From Halobacteriovoraceae bacterium (GTDB lineage Bacteria; Bdellovibrionota; Bacteriovoracia; Bacteriovoracales; Bacteriovoracaceae): DNA of 64,000 nt. Positions within the stretch are counted from its first letter, which is position 1. The number at the start of each line of letters is the position of its first letter. The translations under genes and the position numbers were made by a program. Under the pieces are notes generated by a model, which saw only the letters and a program-made list of their open reading frames with translations, searched no databases and was not told the origin of the DNA. Of the stretch, positions 39,224 to 49,093 are shown in pieces. The DNA is taken from assembly GCA_963719505.1 (NCBI GenBank), contig CAVRCF010000001.1, positions 832,001 through 896,000 of the forward strand, written 5' to 3'.

Positions 39224-40209
39224 TGATCTTCGTTTATGGTTTTTTGGCCGGATCAGCACTAACATTTATCATAGGCTTTATTGTTTTTAAAACTTTAAAG
39301 CTTGGGCTGCACAATTCGACTAAGAGCACGTTAAACGAGACACTCAATCCTTTTAAAGAAGAAATTTTAGATTATAAAAAATCTCTTGATATGAATCGTG
39401 AAAAAAATATTGAAAACACGGCCACTCTTCGAGCAGAGATCAATAGCATGATGTTGATGTCTAAAAAGATGGAAAAAGAGACAAGTGATTTAACCAATGC
39501 CCTTAAAGGAGATGTAAAGTCTCAAGGAAATTGGGGAGAACTTATCTTAGAGAGAAGTATTGAGATCTCTGGTCTCACCCTTGGAAGAGAATACTCTTTG
39601 CAAGGCAAGGGGATGAGTCTTAAGTCTGATGAGGGAGATCTATATAAGCCAGATGCCATCATTCATCTTCCGGATAATTTTCATATCATTATAGATTCAA
39701 AGGTGAGTTTAAAATCTCTCTATCAAGAGGATTATAAAGAGCTAAAAAAATCACTGACAAAACACATCGATCAGTTGAGTTTGAAAGCTTATCAGAAACT
39801 TCCCGATTTAAATTCACCAGATTATGTCATTATGTTTATTCCACTTGAATCGATCATGCCTATTTTATTTACAGAATTTCCCGATATCCTAGACTATGCA
39901 GCAAGAAAAAATATTACACTGGCCACTCCAATCACTCTAATGCCTATTTTAAAAACGGTCAGCTCTTTATGGAGAGTGGATAATCAAAATAAAAATGGAG
40001 TAGAGATAGCGAAAAAAGCTGGGCAGCTCTACGATAAATTTGTCTCGTTATATGAGGGGCTCGTTGAGACTAGTTCAGCGATTGATAAGCTTCAAAAGTC
40101 TCATCAAGAATCGTTAAAACGTCTCAATGATGGACGTGGTAATTTAATAGGAAAAGTAGAGGAACTCAAAGAGATGGGGGCCAAATCTTCGAAGTCTCTT
40201 AATAACTAG
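39223..40209 (+). CDS. rmuC: DNA recombination protein RmuC
   Basis: N-terminal TM; QGNWGELILE, PDAIIHLP, IIDSKVSL, PDYVIMFIP. Confidence 0.9.
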   Translation: MIFVYGFLAGSALTFIIGFIVFKTLKLGLHNSTKSTLNETLNPFKEEILDYKKSLDMNREKNIENTATLRAEINSMMLMSKKMEKETSDLTNALKGDVKSQGNWGELILERSIEISGLTLGREYSLQGKGMSLKSDEGDLYKPDAIIHLPDNFHIIIDSKVSLKSLYQEDYKELKKSLTKHIDQLSLKAYQKLPDLNSPDYVIMFIPLESIMPILFTEFPDILDYAARKNITLATPITLMPILKTVSSLWRVDNQNKNGVEIAKKAGQLYDKFVSLYEGLVETSSAIDKLQKSHQESLKRLNDGRGNLIGKVEELKEMGAKSSKSLNN

Positions 40210-40867
40210 AACTAGACTTTAATCCTTTGCAAATCTCAACTCCACTACTGGCACCAATTCTCGTGGCACCAGCTTCAATCATCGCTTGGGCAGAAGCTAA
40301 GTCACGAACACCACCAGAGGCCTTAACCATTATTCCAGGACCCACTGTTTGCTTCATCAGCCTTATGTCTTCCACGTTTGCTCCGCCTCCTGAAAAACCA
40401 GTAGAGGTTTTAACAAAATCGACCTTAGCTTTTTTGGCGAGTTCACAAACCTTAACGATTTGATCATCAGTTAAAAGAAAAGTCTCAATAATCACTTTGA
40501 GAGTCTTTTGTGTTTTATGGCAGAGTTCACTCAAAGCATTGATGTCTTCAAAAACATAGTCATAATCCTGATCTTTAAGAGCTCCAATATTAATAACCAT
40601 ATCGATCTCATCGGCTCCTGCGACTAAAGCGTCACTGGCTTCTTTAAGTTTCGTTGCCGTGGGACTCGCCCCTAAAGGAAAGCCGACCACTGTACAAACA
40701 AGAGGACTTTCATCTTTTAATAATTTCACTGCAAGAGGCACGTAATAGGCATTTATACAGACAGCTTTGAAATTATACTTAATCGCTTCGTGACAAATTT
40801 TCTCAATATCAGCGGCGACGGCGTCTGGTTTTAGGATGGTGTGGTCTATATATTGGTTCATTTCCAT
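40199..40867 (-). CDS. deoC: Deoxyribose-phosphate aldolase
   Basis: IDHTILKP, VVGFPLG, DEIDMVIN, FVKTSTGF, VKASGGVR, RIGASSG. Confidence 0.96.
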   Translation of the reverse strand: MEMNQYIDHTILKPDAVAADIEKICHEAIKYNFKAVCINAYYVPLAVKLLKDESPLVCTVVGFPLGASPTATKLKEASDALVAGADEIDMVINIGALKDQDYDYVFEDINALSELCHKTQKTLKVIIETFLLTDDQIVKVCELAKKAKVDFVKTSTGFSGGGANVEDIRLMKQTVGPGIMVKASGGVRDLASAQAMIEAGATRIGASSGVEICKGLKSSSSY

Positions 40868-41048
40868 AGGGATTTCCTTTTTTGGTTATCGTAATTCTTT
40901 TGTAAAAAATTGTACATCGATTTACACAGTGTCAAAAGTTTAAACAGTTTGGGCTCTTTAACTATCTATTATTTAGTCATGTGGTGTTGGCACAGGTCTT
41001 GAAAGGTAAAAGGTACTAATTTTTAATTTTAAAGAGAGAGAGGTCTTT

Positions 41049-41779
41049 ATGAAAATTTTAAAATCAATGCCAGTCTTAATGTTGGCAGCATTTATGGCCA
41101 CATCATGTGGTAGTGACAATAGCTCTGGAGGGAAGTCTTCAAGCTCATCTGGAAACGTTTCAATTGACGGAGTCGTCAACGGCGGCGGTACAGTTTTTGG
41201 AAGTATCGAAGAAGTAAAAAATAGATTGTAACTCAATCGCCTTCAGCAGTGGAATTAGCCAAAATTCTGAGATTCTACACGCAGGTTCGAGATATTCTTC
41301 AAACTCAGGTGGGGGAAGCACGACTATCTTAGGTTTCCTTGAAGTAAACTGGAACACAAGTTCTGGAACTTCGTATGAGAGCTCTAAGAGTAAATTCAGC
41401 GACACAAAACTCTGCCAATGTAACTCAGGCAACTGGCTCAAATTACTACGGCTTTACTTACGACGGTGGGGTAGCAACTGAATTAAATAGAAGTTCTAAA
41501 GATTACCGTGAGATGTTAACTATTGATAATACTTGTGCACACGTCGAAGTGAGTGAGATCACAATCTCAACTCAAATTTTTGATGGAGCAAGCCAAGGAC
41601 AGCAAAGTTCAGTTAGAGGAAATCAAATAGCTTGTTACGCTGGTAATGGGCAAATGAAAAGATATAGTATTGTATCAGATGCATTCCCAGTAGCGGCAAA
41701 TCCAATCTTTATCCAAGATCAACAGGGCATTGGGTATCTGGTAAAAGTTGGAAATACCTATGTTACTGGAGCACAATAA
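41049..41779 (+). pseudogene. Lipoprotein gene broken by two +1 frameshifts (or two assembly errors)
   Basis: Lipobox ATSC ORF stops at 41231; protein-like reading continues in +1 from 41230 and again in +1 from about 41375. Confidence 0.65.
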
Positions 41780-41897
41780 ATAGTAAACAAATAGAGTCAA
41801 CCAAATAAGGGTCAGATTGATGTCTGGCCCTTTCTTATTTAAATAAATCCCATTTTCGGTTATCCTATGGAAGTAATTTTTTATCAGGAGGACCACA

Positions 41898-43631
41898 GTG
41901 GCCGCTTACAAAACAGACCAAAGAGATATTTTATTTAACCTTTTAGATGTTCTAAAAGTAACGGATCATAAAAAATACGGTTTTGATGAAGCCAGCGTTA
42001 AAGAGATCCTTAAAGAGTTTGATAAGTTCGTTGAAAACGTTATTTATCCAACGAGACAACCTTCTGATGAAGAAGGCGTGAAACTCACGGATAAAGGTGT
42101 CGTTGTTCCAGAATGTCTTCACTCAGTAACAAAACAATTTTATGAAATGGGATGGTTCGCACTCGGGCAACCGGAAGATATTGGTGGATCACCAGTTCCT
42201 GAAGCACTAAGCACGGCATGTCTTTCACTTTCTGCGGGAGCAAATTGTGGATGGTCAATGTACCCTGGTTTAACTAAAGGCGCGCTCAACGTTTTAAGAC
42301 TCGTGGGTGATGATTATGTAAAGAACACCTTTATCGCTCCAATCATGGCAGGGACTTGGGGAGGCACGATGTGTCTTACTGAAGCCGGAGCCGGAAGTGA
42401 TGTTGGGAGTCTTAACACAACAGCGAAACCAATCGATGGTAAAGAGGGTTGGTATAAATTAAAAGGAACAAAGATCTTTATCTCCAGTGGAGAGAGTGAT
42501 CTTTATGAAAATAATATCCATATGGTTCTTGCAAGAACACCGGAAGGTAAACCAGGACCAAAAGGAATTTCACTTTTTGTTGTGCCAAGACATAAAGTAA
42601 ATGACGACGGAAGCCTTGGAGACTCTAATGATGTTAGGTGTTCAGGGATTGAGCATAAAATGGGAATCCATGCTAGTGCGACTTGTGTAATGAACTTTGG
42701 TGATAATGATAACTGTGAAGGTTACCTCATTGGAGAAGAGTTCCAAGGGATGGCCAATATGTTTATCATGATGAATGAGGCGAGACTTGATGTTGGTGTT
42801 CAAGGGGAGTCTCAAGCTAACTTAGTTTATGAACTAACAAAGCAATACGTCAGTGAAAGAACTCAATTTGGAACTGAAATTATTAATCTTCCAGATGTTA
42901 AAAGAATGATCTTAAAAATGAGGGCCATGAGTAGAGGACTGAGGTCATTAACTCTTTATACCTCTAATCTTTTTGATCTCGCTCACGACGATGAGAAGTA
43001 TCATAGCATCATTGGTCTTCTTGTCCCCATTTGTAAATCATTTGGATCTGACGAAGGATTCAAAGTAACTGTTGATGCCATTCAATGTCATGGTGGTTAT
43101 GGTTACTGTGCCGAATACGGGATTGAGCAGTTTGCTAGAGATACAAAGATCGCTTCACTCTATGAGGGAACGAATGGAATTCAAGCGATTGACTTTGTAA
43201 CAAGAAAAATCTTAAGAGACAAAGGACAAGCTTTAAGGGAACTTACAGATATTATCTTTAAGACATCTAATAATCTGTCTGATGATTTTGCCTTTGAAAG
43301 AGGAATTTTCTCTAAGGCGCTAGCCGCAGCTCAAGATGCGATGGGATTTATAGCCAAAAAAGCAAAAAATGATGAGATGAATATGGTTCTTCAAAACTGT
43401 ATGGACTTCTTAAACCTCTCTGCCCATATCGTCGTTGCATGGAGACTTATGGAGTCAGCATCAATTGCAGGTGAAAAAATGGAACAAGCTGAGTCTCAAG
43501 ATGAAAAAGACTTTTTAGAAAGTAAAATTGTCGACTTTAAAATTTATTGTTCACAGTACCTGGTTCAGTCGGTTTCTTTGGCCAAGGCCATTACATCTTT
43601 TGACGAAGATATGACTAAATTTAAAATATAA
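41898..43631 (+). CDS. Acyl-CoA dehydrogenase
   Basis: GTMCLTEAGAGSDVG, GTKIFIS, EHKMGIHASAT, IQCHGGYGY, LYEGTNGIQA. Confidence 0.94.
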   Translation: MAAYKTDQRDILFNLLDVLKVTDHKKYGFDEASVKEILKEFDKFVENVIYPTRQPSDEEGVKLTDKGVVVPECLHSVTKQFYEMGWFALGQPEDIGGSPVPEALSTACLSLSAGANCGWSMYPGLTKGALNVLRLVGDDYVKNTFIAPIMAGTWGGTMCLTEAGAGSDVGSLNTTAKPIDGKEGWYKLKGTKIFISSGESDLYENNIHMVLARTPEGKPGPKGISLFVVPRHKVNDDGSLGDSNDVRCSGIEHKMGIHASATCVMNFGDNDNCEGYLIGEEFQGMANMFIMMNEARLDVGVQGESQANLVYELTKQYVSERTQFGTEIINLPDVKRMILKMRAMSRGLRSLTLYTSNLFDLAHDDEKYHSIIGLLVPICKSFGSDEGFKVTVDAIQCHGGYGYCAEYGIEQFARDTKIASLYEGTNGIQAIDFVTRKILRDKGQALRELTDIIFKTSNNLSDDFAFERGIFSKALAAAQDAMGFIAKKAKNDEMNMVLQNCMDFLNLSAHIVVAWRLMESASIAGEKMEQAESQDEKDFLESKIVDFKIYCSQYLVQSVSLAKAITSFDEDMTKFKI

Positions 43632-43773
43632 AACAAGCTCAATGCCCTCCCTATTCTTTAGGGAGGGTTCTTGATCGGATTCATCGGTCTCTTTTTCAAA
43701 CATCCTTCTTAAAATAAAATTAAAATAATGGTAAGCTAAAGAGTATTTAATTTAAAACTATACTGAGGCATTT

Positions 43774-44622
43774 TTGAAAAATTTTATTAACGAAGCGGCG
43801 AATAAATTTTCGTCTGAAAGTCATGGAAGTTCTGACTTTTGGAAGGATGAAATTTATGTTCGAGGCGAAAGCGATGAGGTCTTTATTCCTCTAAGCGCTT
43901 TATCAAAACAAAACGAAAAGATTAAAACGGTAGAAAATCTTCAAGCTGAAGGCTACGTCTACAGCTCTCTCGATTTTCTTAACTTAAAAGAATTTGATCA
44001 ATGGTATGAGAAATGTTTCAACAAAAAGATTGATAGCAAAATTCATAAGTCCATTGGTATTGTGCACCTTCCGGACACAGAGGATATCTTTAAAGCTGTT
44101 GAAATCGTCAACCAAGTCTACCAGATCATGAAAGACCATAAGGTTCTAGTTAATGGCAAGAATCTTCCTATTCAATTAGGAGAGTGGTACGCCAAAACAA
44201 TTTTAGGTCTTCGCCAAATTAAATCAAGTTCTCAAAGAGGTTTTGATTTTTATTCTAATGAAGGTAAAAAAGTTGAAGTCAAAATTCATTGGCAAAATAC
44301 GACAAGTCCCAAAGGTGTAAAACTCAAAAAATCTCTAGTGGATATGAGTGACTATACAATTATTATGTATGTGGCCAAAAACTTTATGGTCAGAGAGATT
44401 CTTCTTCTCGATTCAGATTTTGTTATCCGAAAATTTGGTGGCAAAGGTCATACCATTTTTCTTAAAGATTCTGATGTAGGTGGGTATTTCTTTAGTCGAT
44501 CAGACAAGCATTACGAAAAGATTGCAAATAAGAAAGCTCTTATGCAGTTTTCAAGCCCAAAGCTTGCGATGAAAATAGATGAAAAAATCGCTAAGCGTGA
44601 AGCGGAAGACAAAAAGTCTTAA
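43774..44622 (+). CDS. Hypothetical protein with a PD-(D/E)xK-like motif
   Basis: LGEWYAK...GFDF...KVEVK. Confidence 0.6.
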   Translation: MKNFINEAANKFSSESHGSSDFWKDEIYVRGESDEVFIPLSALSKQNEKIKTVENLQAEGYVYSSLDFLNLKEFDQWYEKCFNKKIDSKIHKSIGIVHLPDTEDIFKAVEIVNQVYQIMKDHKVLVNGKNLPIQLGEWYAKTILGLRQIKSSSQRGFDFYSNEGKKVEVKIHWQNTTSPKGVKLKKSLVDMSDYTIIMYVAKNFMVREILLLDSDFVIRKFGGKGHTIFLKDSDVGGYFFSRSDKHYEKIANKKALMQFSSPKLAMKIDEKIAKREAEDKKS

Positions 44623-45872
44623 TACAATAAGTATTCGGCTAATCTAGACTCGATATTTCCATTAAAAAGAATTTCTTTCTTAGAAGTTCTAAGAGAGATT
44701 TTCTTTAAAAGTGGAAGGTTACCTGTAAGAATATAGGCTTTGTAGTCCTTAAAATTATTTTTTAAATTTTCTCCAACTTCGTGGTAAAGCTCACCCAGCT
44801 CTTCTTCTTCACCAAGTCTTTCTCCGTAAGGAGGATTGGCCACAAAAATACCACCGTCTTCATTTGGCTTTGAAATTTTTGCAGCATCCGCACACTCAAG
44901 TGTAATGGCTTCGAGTATATTCGCGACTTTCAAATTGTAAGTTGCAATATCGAGTGCACTGTCATCGATATCAAAACCATAAAGACCCTCAGGCTTGATG
45001 GTTAAAAGCTTTTCTTCAATATCTTTTTGAGTTTCAGCAATAAGCTTTTCAGTGTTTTCTTTTAAGTACTTATCTTTCGTATAATAATTGTGATCTAAAA
45101 ATGCCCAAGGGAGTTCATCATCAAACTCTTTATGATTTTGCAGATGAATAAAACATGGTGGAAGTTTGTATTTAATCATCGCCGCTTCAGCTAAAAATGT
45201 TCCAGAACCACACATTCCATCAACGAGAGTCTGTGATCCATCGTAGCCTGCGAGTTTTAAAATACCATGAGCTAAATTCTCACGAAGTGGTGCAGAGAAA
45301 GACTTTACTCTATAGCCACGATTACTAATCGCGTTTCCACACATATCAATTAAGATCGTTACGTTTTCTTTTTGAGAGTGCGGATTATCATTGGGCTCCA
45401 CTCTCATCAGAAAACTCATATCAGGGGAGACTTTATCAACATATGGTCTCTCTTTTGTGTCTTCCCTAAAACGGTCTGCAATAGCATCTTTTAGAAGCTG
45501 TCCAAGATACATACTGTTTTCAAACTTACTTCTCTTGGTGCCCTCTGGTGACTTACCTTGAATGGTGTTTATTCTGAAAGTTTGATCAAGATTGAAAATA
45601 CCTTTCCATTTTATCTCTTTTGCATTGTAGTAAATGTCTTTTTCGACCTTGATCTCAAAGCCATAAATCTTTTTATAAACTCTACTGGCAACACCGCTGA
45701 ACATAATCACTTTGATAGCAATTTCTGGGAATGATTCAAAATGGGCACCACCTTTGGTTAATATTACTTCTTTGGCCCCTAAGTCTTTAATTTCTTGAAC
45801 GAGGATGGACTCAAGTCCTGTTGGACAAGATGCAAAAAAAGCGTTTTTAAATTTTTCAGTGGTACTTCTCAT
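44619..45872 (-). CDS. THUMP-domain RNA methyltransferase (RlmL-like)
   Basis: GLESIL, RGYR..SAPLRENLA, DGMCGSGT, NPPYGERL. Confidence 0.88.
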   Translation of the reverse strand: MRSTTEKFKNAFFASCPTGLESILVQEIKDLGAKEVILTKGGAHFESFPEIAIKVIMFSGVASRVYKKIYGFEIKVEKDIYYNAKEIKWKGIFNLDQTFRINTIQGKSPEGTKRSKFENSMYLGQLLKDAIADRFREDTKERPYVDKVSPDMSFLMRVEPNDNPHSQKENVTILIDMCGNAISNRGYRVKSFSAPLRENLAHGILKLAGYDGSQTLVDGMCGSGTFLAEAAMIKYKLPPCFIHLQNHKEFDDELPWAFLDHNYYTKDKYLKENTEKLIAETQKDIEEKLLTIKPEGLYGFDIDDSALDIATYNLKVANILEAITLECADAAKISKPNEDGGIFVANPPYGERLGEEEELGELYHEVGENLKNNFKDYKAYILTGNLPLLKKISLRTSKKEILFNGNIESRLAEYLLY

Positions 45873-46030
45873 AAATGATTCCTTTAGATGTGGTGGGTTT
45901 TAACTTTTTGCAGAGCATTTGTCTCTAAATTTATACTTTTTACATCTTTTTAAGCGTTTACGATCACGGGGAGAATAGGTAGAGTGTTTACGATAAATAC
46001 ATTAATCATTCGACAAAGTGAGGAACAATC

Positions 46031-47329
46031 ATGTCTACAAACTACAAAGTAAAAGATATCGCCCTAGCAGATTGGGGAAGAAAAGAGATCAGATTGGCGG
46101 AAGCTGAGATGCCTGGACTTATGGCCATTCGTGAAGAATTTGGAGCGAGCAAGCCACTTAAAGGTGCAAATATCGCTGGTTGTCTTCATATGACTATTCA
46201 GACGGCTGTTCTTATCGAAACTCTTGTTGAGCTTGGTGCTGATGTTACTTGGTCAAGCTGTAATATCTTTTCAACTCAAGATCACGCTGCTGCTGCTATT
46301 GCTGCTGCTGGTGTTCCAGTATTTGCTTGGAAGGGAATGAATGAGCAAGAATTTGACTGGTGTATTGAGCAGACAATTAATAACTTTAAAGATGGTAAGC
46401 CCCTTAACCTCATCCTTGATGACGGTGGAGACCTTACTAATATGGTACTAGATAGATTTCCTCAATATGTTGATGCTATCAAAGGTCTTTCTGAGGAAAC
46501 GACTACAGGTGTTCATAGACTATATGAAAGAGTAAAGAAAGGTACTCTTCCAATGCCAGCAATCAATGTTAACGATTCAGTAACTAAATCAAAATTTGAT
46601 AATAAGTACGGATGTAAAGAATCATGTGTTGATGCAATCAGACGTGCAACAGATGTTATGATCGCAGGTAAATGTGCGGTTGTTTGTGGTTATGGAGATG
46701 TTGGTAAGGGATCAGCTGCTTCTTTAAGAGGAAGTGGAGCGAGAGTTATCGTGACAGAAATCGATCCAATTTGTGCTCTTCAAGCGGCAATGGATGGTTT
46801 TGAAGTTAAAAAACTTAATACAGTTATTGGTGAAGGGGATATCTTTGTAACAACAACTGGAAACAAAGACATCATCCGTGGTGAGCACTTTGAAAAGATG
46901 AAAGACAAGGCGATCGTTTGTAATATCGGTCACTTTGACAACGAGATTGACGTCGGTTGGCTAAATGCTAAGCACGGAGATTCTAAAGTTGAAATCAAGC
47001 CTCAGGTTGATCTTTATAACATCAATGGAAAAGATATTATTCTTTTAGCTGAAGGTCGATTAGTAAACCTTGGATGTGCAACAGGTCACCCATCATTTGT
47101 TATGAGTAACTCATTTTGTAACCAAGTTCTTGCTCAACTTGAGCTTTGGAATAATGTTGATAAATATGAGAACCAAGTTTATATGCTTCCAAAACACTTA
47201 GATGAAAAAGTTGCAAGACTTCACCTTGAAAAGATTGGTGTTGAACTTGAAACTCTCTCTGACGATCAAGCATCTTATATTGATGTAAAAGTTGAAGGAC
47301 CATACAAACCTGAGCATTACAGATACTAA
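46031..47329 (+). CDS. ahcY: Adenosylhomocysteinase
   Basis: [57 protein letters not shown]; terminator at about 47355-47378. Confidence 0.97.
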   Translation: MSTNYKVKDIALADWGRKEIRLAEAEMPGLMAIREEFGASKPLKGANIAGCLHMTIQTAVLIETLVELGADVTWSSCNIFSTQDHAAAAIAAAGVPVFAWKGMNEQEFDWCIEQTINNFKDGKPLNLILDDGGDLTNMVLDRFPQYVDAIKGLSEETTTGVHRLYERVKKGTLPMPAINVNDSVTKSKFDNKYGCKESCVDAIRRATDVMIAGKCAVVCGYGDVGKGSAASLRGSGARVIVTEIDPICALQAAMDGFEVKKLNTVIGEGDIFVTTTGNKDIIRGEHFEKMKDKAIVCNIGHFDNEIDVGWLNAKHGDSKVEIKPQVDLYNINGKDIILLAEGRLVNLGCATGHPSFVMSNSFCNQVLAQLELWNNVDKYENQVYMLPKHLDEKVARLHLEKIGVELETLSDDQASYIDVKVEGPYKPEHYRY

Positions 47330-47419
47330 GATTTTAAAATTCTTCTATAAAATGGGCCCCTGATTCAGGGGCTTTTTTATTTGAATATGTTATACTTTAC
47401 TTAATATTTGGAGATTATA

Positions 47420-47848
47420 ATGGAAAAACTTTTTATCGCCTGCGATCATGCAGCCTTTGAAGAAAAAGAGAAGCTTAAAGTTATTCTCAAAGAGCAGTTT
47501 GAGGTTATCGACCTAGGAACTAATTCCGCTGAAAGCGTAAATTACTCTGACTTTGGACTGCATCTGGCCCAAGAGGTTTTAAAAAACAATGCTATAGGTG
47601 TTGCTCTTTGTGGTTCAGGGATTGGAATCTCAATGGCCGTGAACCGGGTTAAAGGTATCAGGGGAGCTCTTTGCAGGGATGTTGAAGATGCAAAAATGGC
47701 AAAGCTTCACAACAACGCCAATATCATCTGTTTTGGAGCGAGAAGAAATAGTTTCCAAGAAATTGAACAAATGACAAAGACTTGGCTTTCGACGCAGTTC
47801 GAAGGTGGAAGACACCAAAAGAGAATAGATATTTTAGATAGAGCTTAA
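47420..47848 (+). CDS. rpiB: Ribose-5-phosphate isomerase B
   Basis: DHA, CGSGIG, AN-like AVNRVKGIR, HNNAN, FEGGRH. Confidence 0.92.
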   Translation: MEKLFIACDHAAFEEKEKLKVILKEQFEVIDLGTNSAESVNYSDFGLHLAQEVLKNNAIGVALCGSGIGISMAVNRVKGIRGALCRDVEDAKMAKLHNNANIICFGARRNSFQEIEQMTKTWLSTQFEGGRHQKRIDILDRA

Positions 47849-47857
47849 AGAAGGGTA

Positions 47858-49093
47858 ATGATGGCAAAACTTGGATTTGGAACATATAGATGCAGCATAA
47901 AGTCTGAGACTCACTATGAAGCACTTAAACATGCCTTGGAGCTAGGCTGTGATGTTATCGATACGTCGAGAAACTACACTGGGGGAGACTCGGAGCTTCT
48001 GATAGGTAAAGTTCTCGCTGAGACTAAAAAACGGCCATTACTTATTTCAAAAGCTGGGTATATTCAAGGTGATGCTATTGATGAACTTTCTGAAAAGTAC
48101 TCAGAAGAACTGGTTGTTATCAATGAGGGATTAATGCATTCTATTCATCCTGATTTTTTAGAGAACCAACTCTCAAAGTCTTTAAAAAGTCTTGGCGTTG
48201 ATTGTATTGATGTTTATCTTCTCCATAACCCTGAATACTATTTAAAAACAGAAGGTTCTTCTAAGAAAGAATACTACCTAAGAATAAAGAAAGCTTTTGA
48301 GTTTTTAGAAGAAAAAGTTCAAGAGGGAAAGATAAAGTCTTATGGAATCAGTTCCAATACTTTTGTTGACCCCAAAGCTGATCATGAATCGACTGACATT
48401 GATAAAGTGATGTCCCAGCTCAAAGATAGAAATCATCATTTTAAGTATATACAGTTTCCTCTTAACCTCATTGAAATGGGCTCACTTGAAAGACAGTTCG
48501 ATGGAGATCATCTTTTTGAGAGGGCGAATCACTATGGTCTCAAGACGATTGTAAACAGACCTCTCAATGCCTTTTTGGATAATGGACTTCTTCGTCTTGC
48601 TAATTATGAAACGCGTGATGAGTTGACTGAGGCTTTCGCTGAAGAGACTTTTATTGAAAAGACTCAATCCATTCACAAGCTTTGGGAAAAAGAAAAAGAA
48701 CAAGGCGATGAGACGATTTATGAGATTCCACTCTTTAAACAAATAAGTACACTTTGGTACAAACAAAATTCAAAAGATGCTGTTGATCAAATTTTCTTTT
48801 CTCATTTCTTCCCTTTTGTCGCCTCTATTTGGGGAAAAGATCTCACTCAAGAAGAGAGCCAGCCTTTTTATGAACTGTATGAATTGGCAAAAGAATACGC
48901 TGAAAAAAATATGGATAAAAGAGCAGAGAGCTTTAAGCAAACAGCTATCAATCAGGGGCTACTTTTTGAAAGTGATAAGAATCTCTCCCTGATGGCCATT
49001 GAAAAGTATTTCACATTTGGTGCCGATATCGTTCTTCTTGGTATGCGTAAAAAAGAATATGTGGATAATGTAAAAAAATATTTTACTCTTTAA
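47858..49093 (+). CDS. Aldo/keto reductase
   Basis: LGFGTY, IDTSRNY..GDSE, SKAG, IDVYLLHNP, GKIKSYGISS. Confidence 0.88.
   Translation: MMAKLGFGTYRCSIKSETHYEALKHALELGCDVIDTSRNYTGGDSELLIGKVLAETKKRPLLISKAGYIQGDAIDELSEKYSEELVVINEGLMHSIHPDFLENQLSKSLKSLGVDCIDVYLLHNPEYYLKTEGSSKKEYYLRIKKAFEFLEEKVQEGKIKSYGISSNTFVDPKADHESTDIDKVMSQLKDRNHHFKYIQFPLNLIEMGSLERQFDGDHLFERANHYGLKTIVNRPLNAFLDNGLLRLANYETRDELTEAFAEETFIEKTQSIHKLWEKEKEQGDETIYEIPLFKQISTLWYKQNSKDAVDQIFFSHFFPFVASIWGKDLTQEESQPFYELYELAKEYAEKNMDKRAESFKQTAINQGLLFESDKNLSLMAIEKYFTFGADIVLLGMRKKEYVDNVKKYFTL

Noticed and set aside
45873-46030. SAH/SAM riboswitch upstream of ahcY
   Set aside because: No recognisable conserved motif; AT-rich divergent promoter region.
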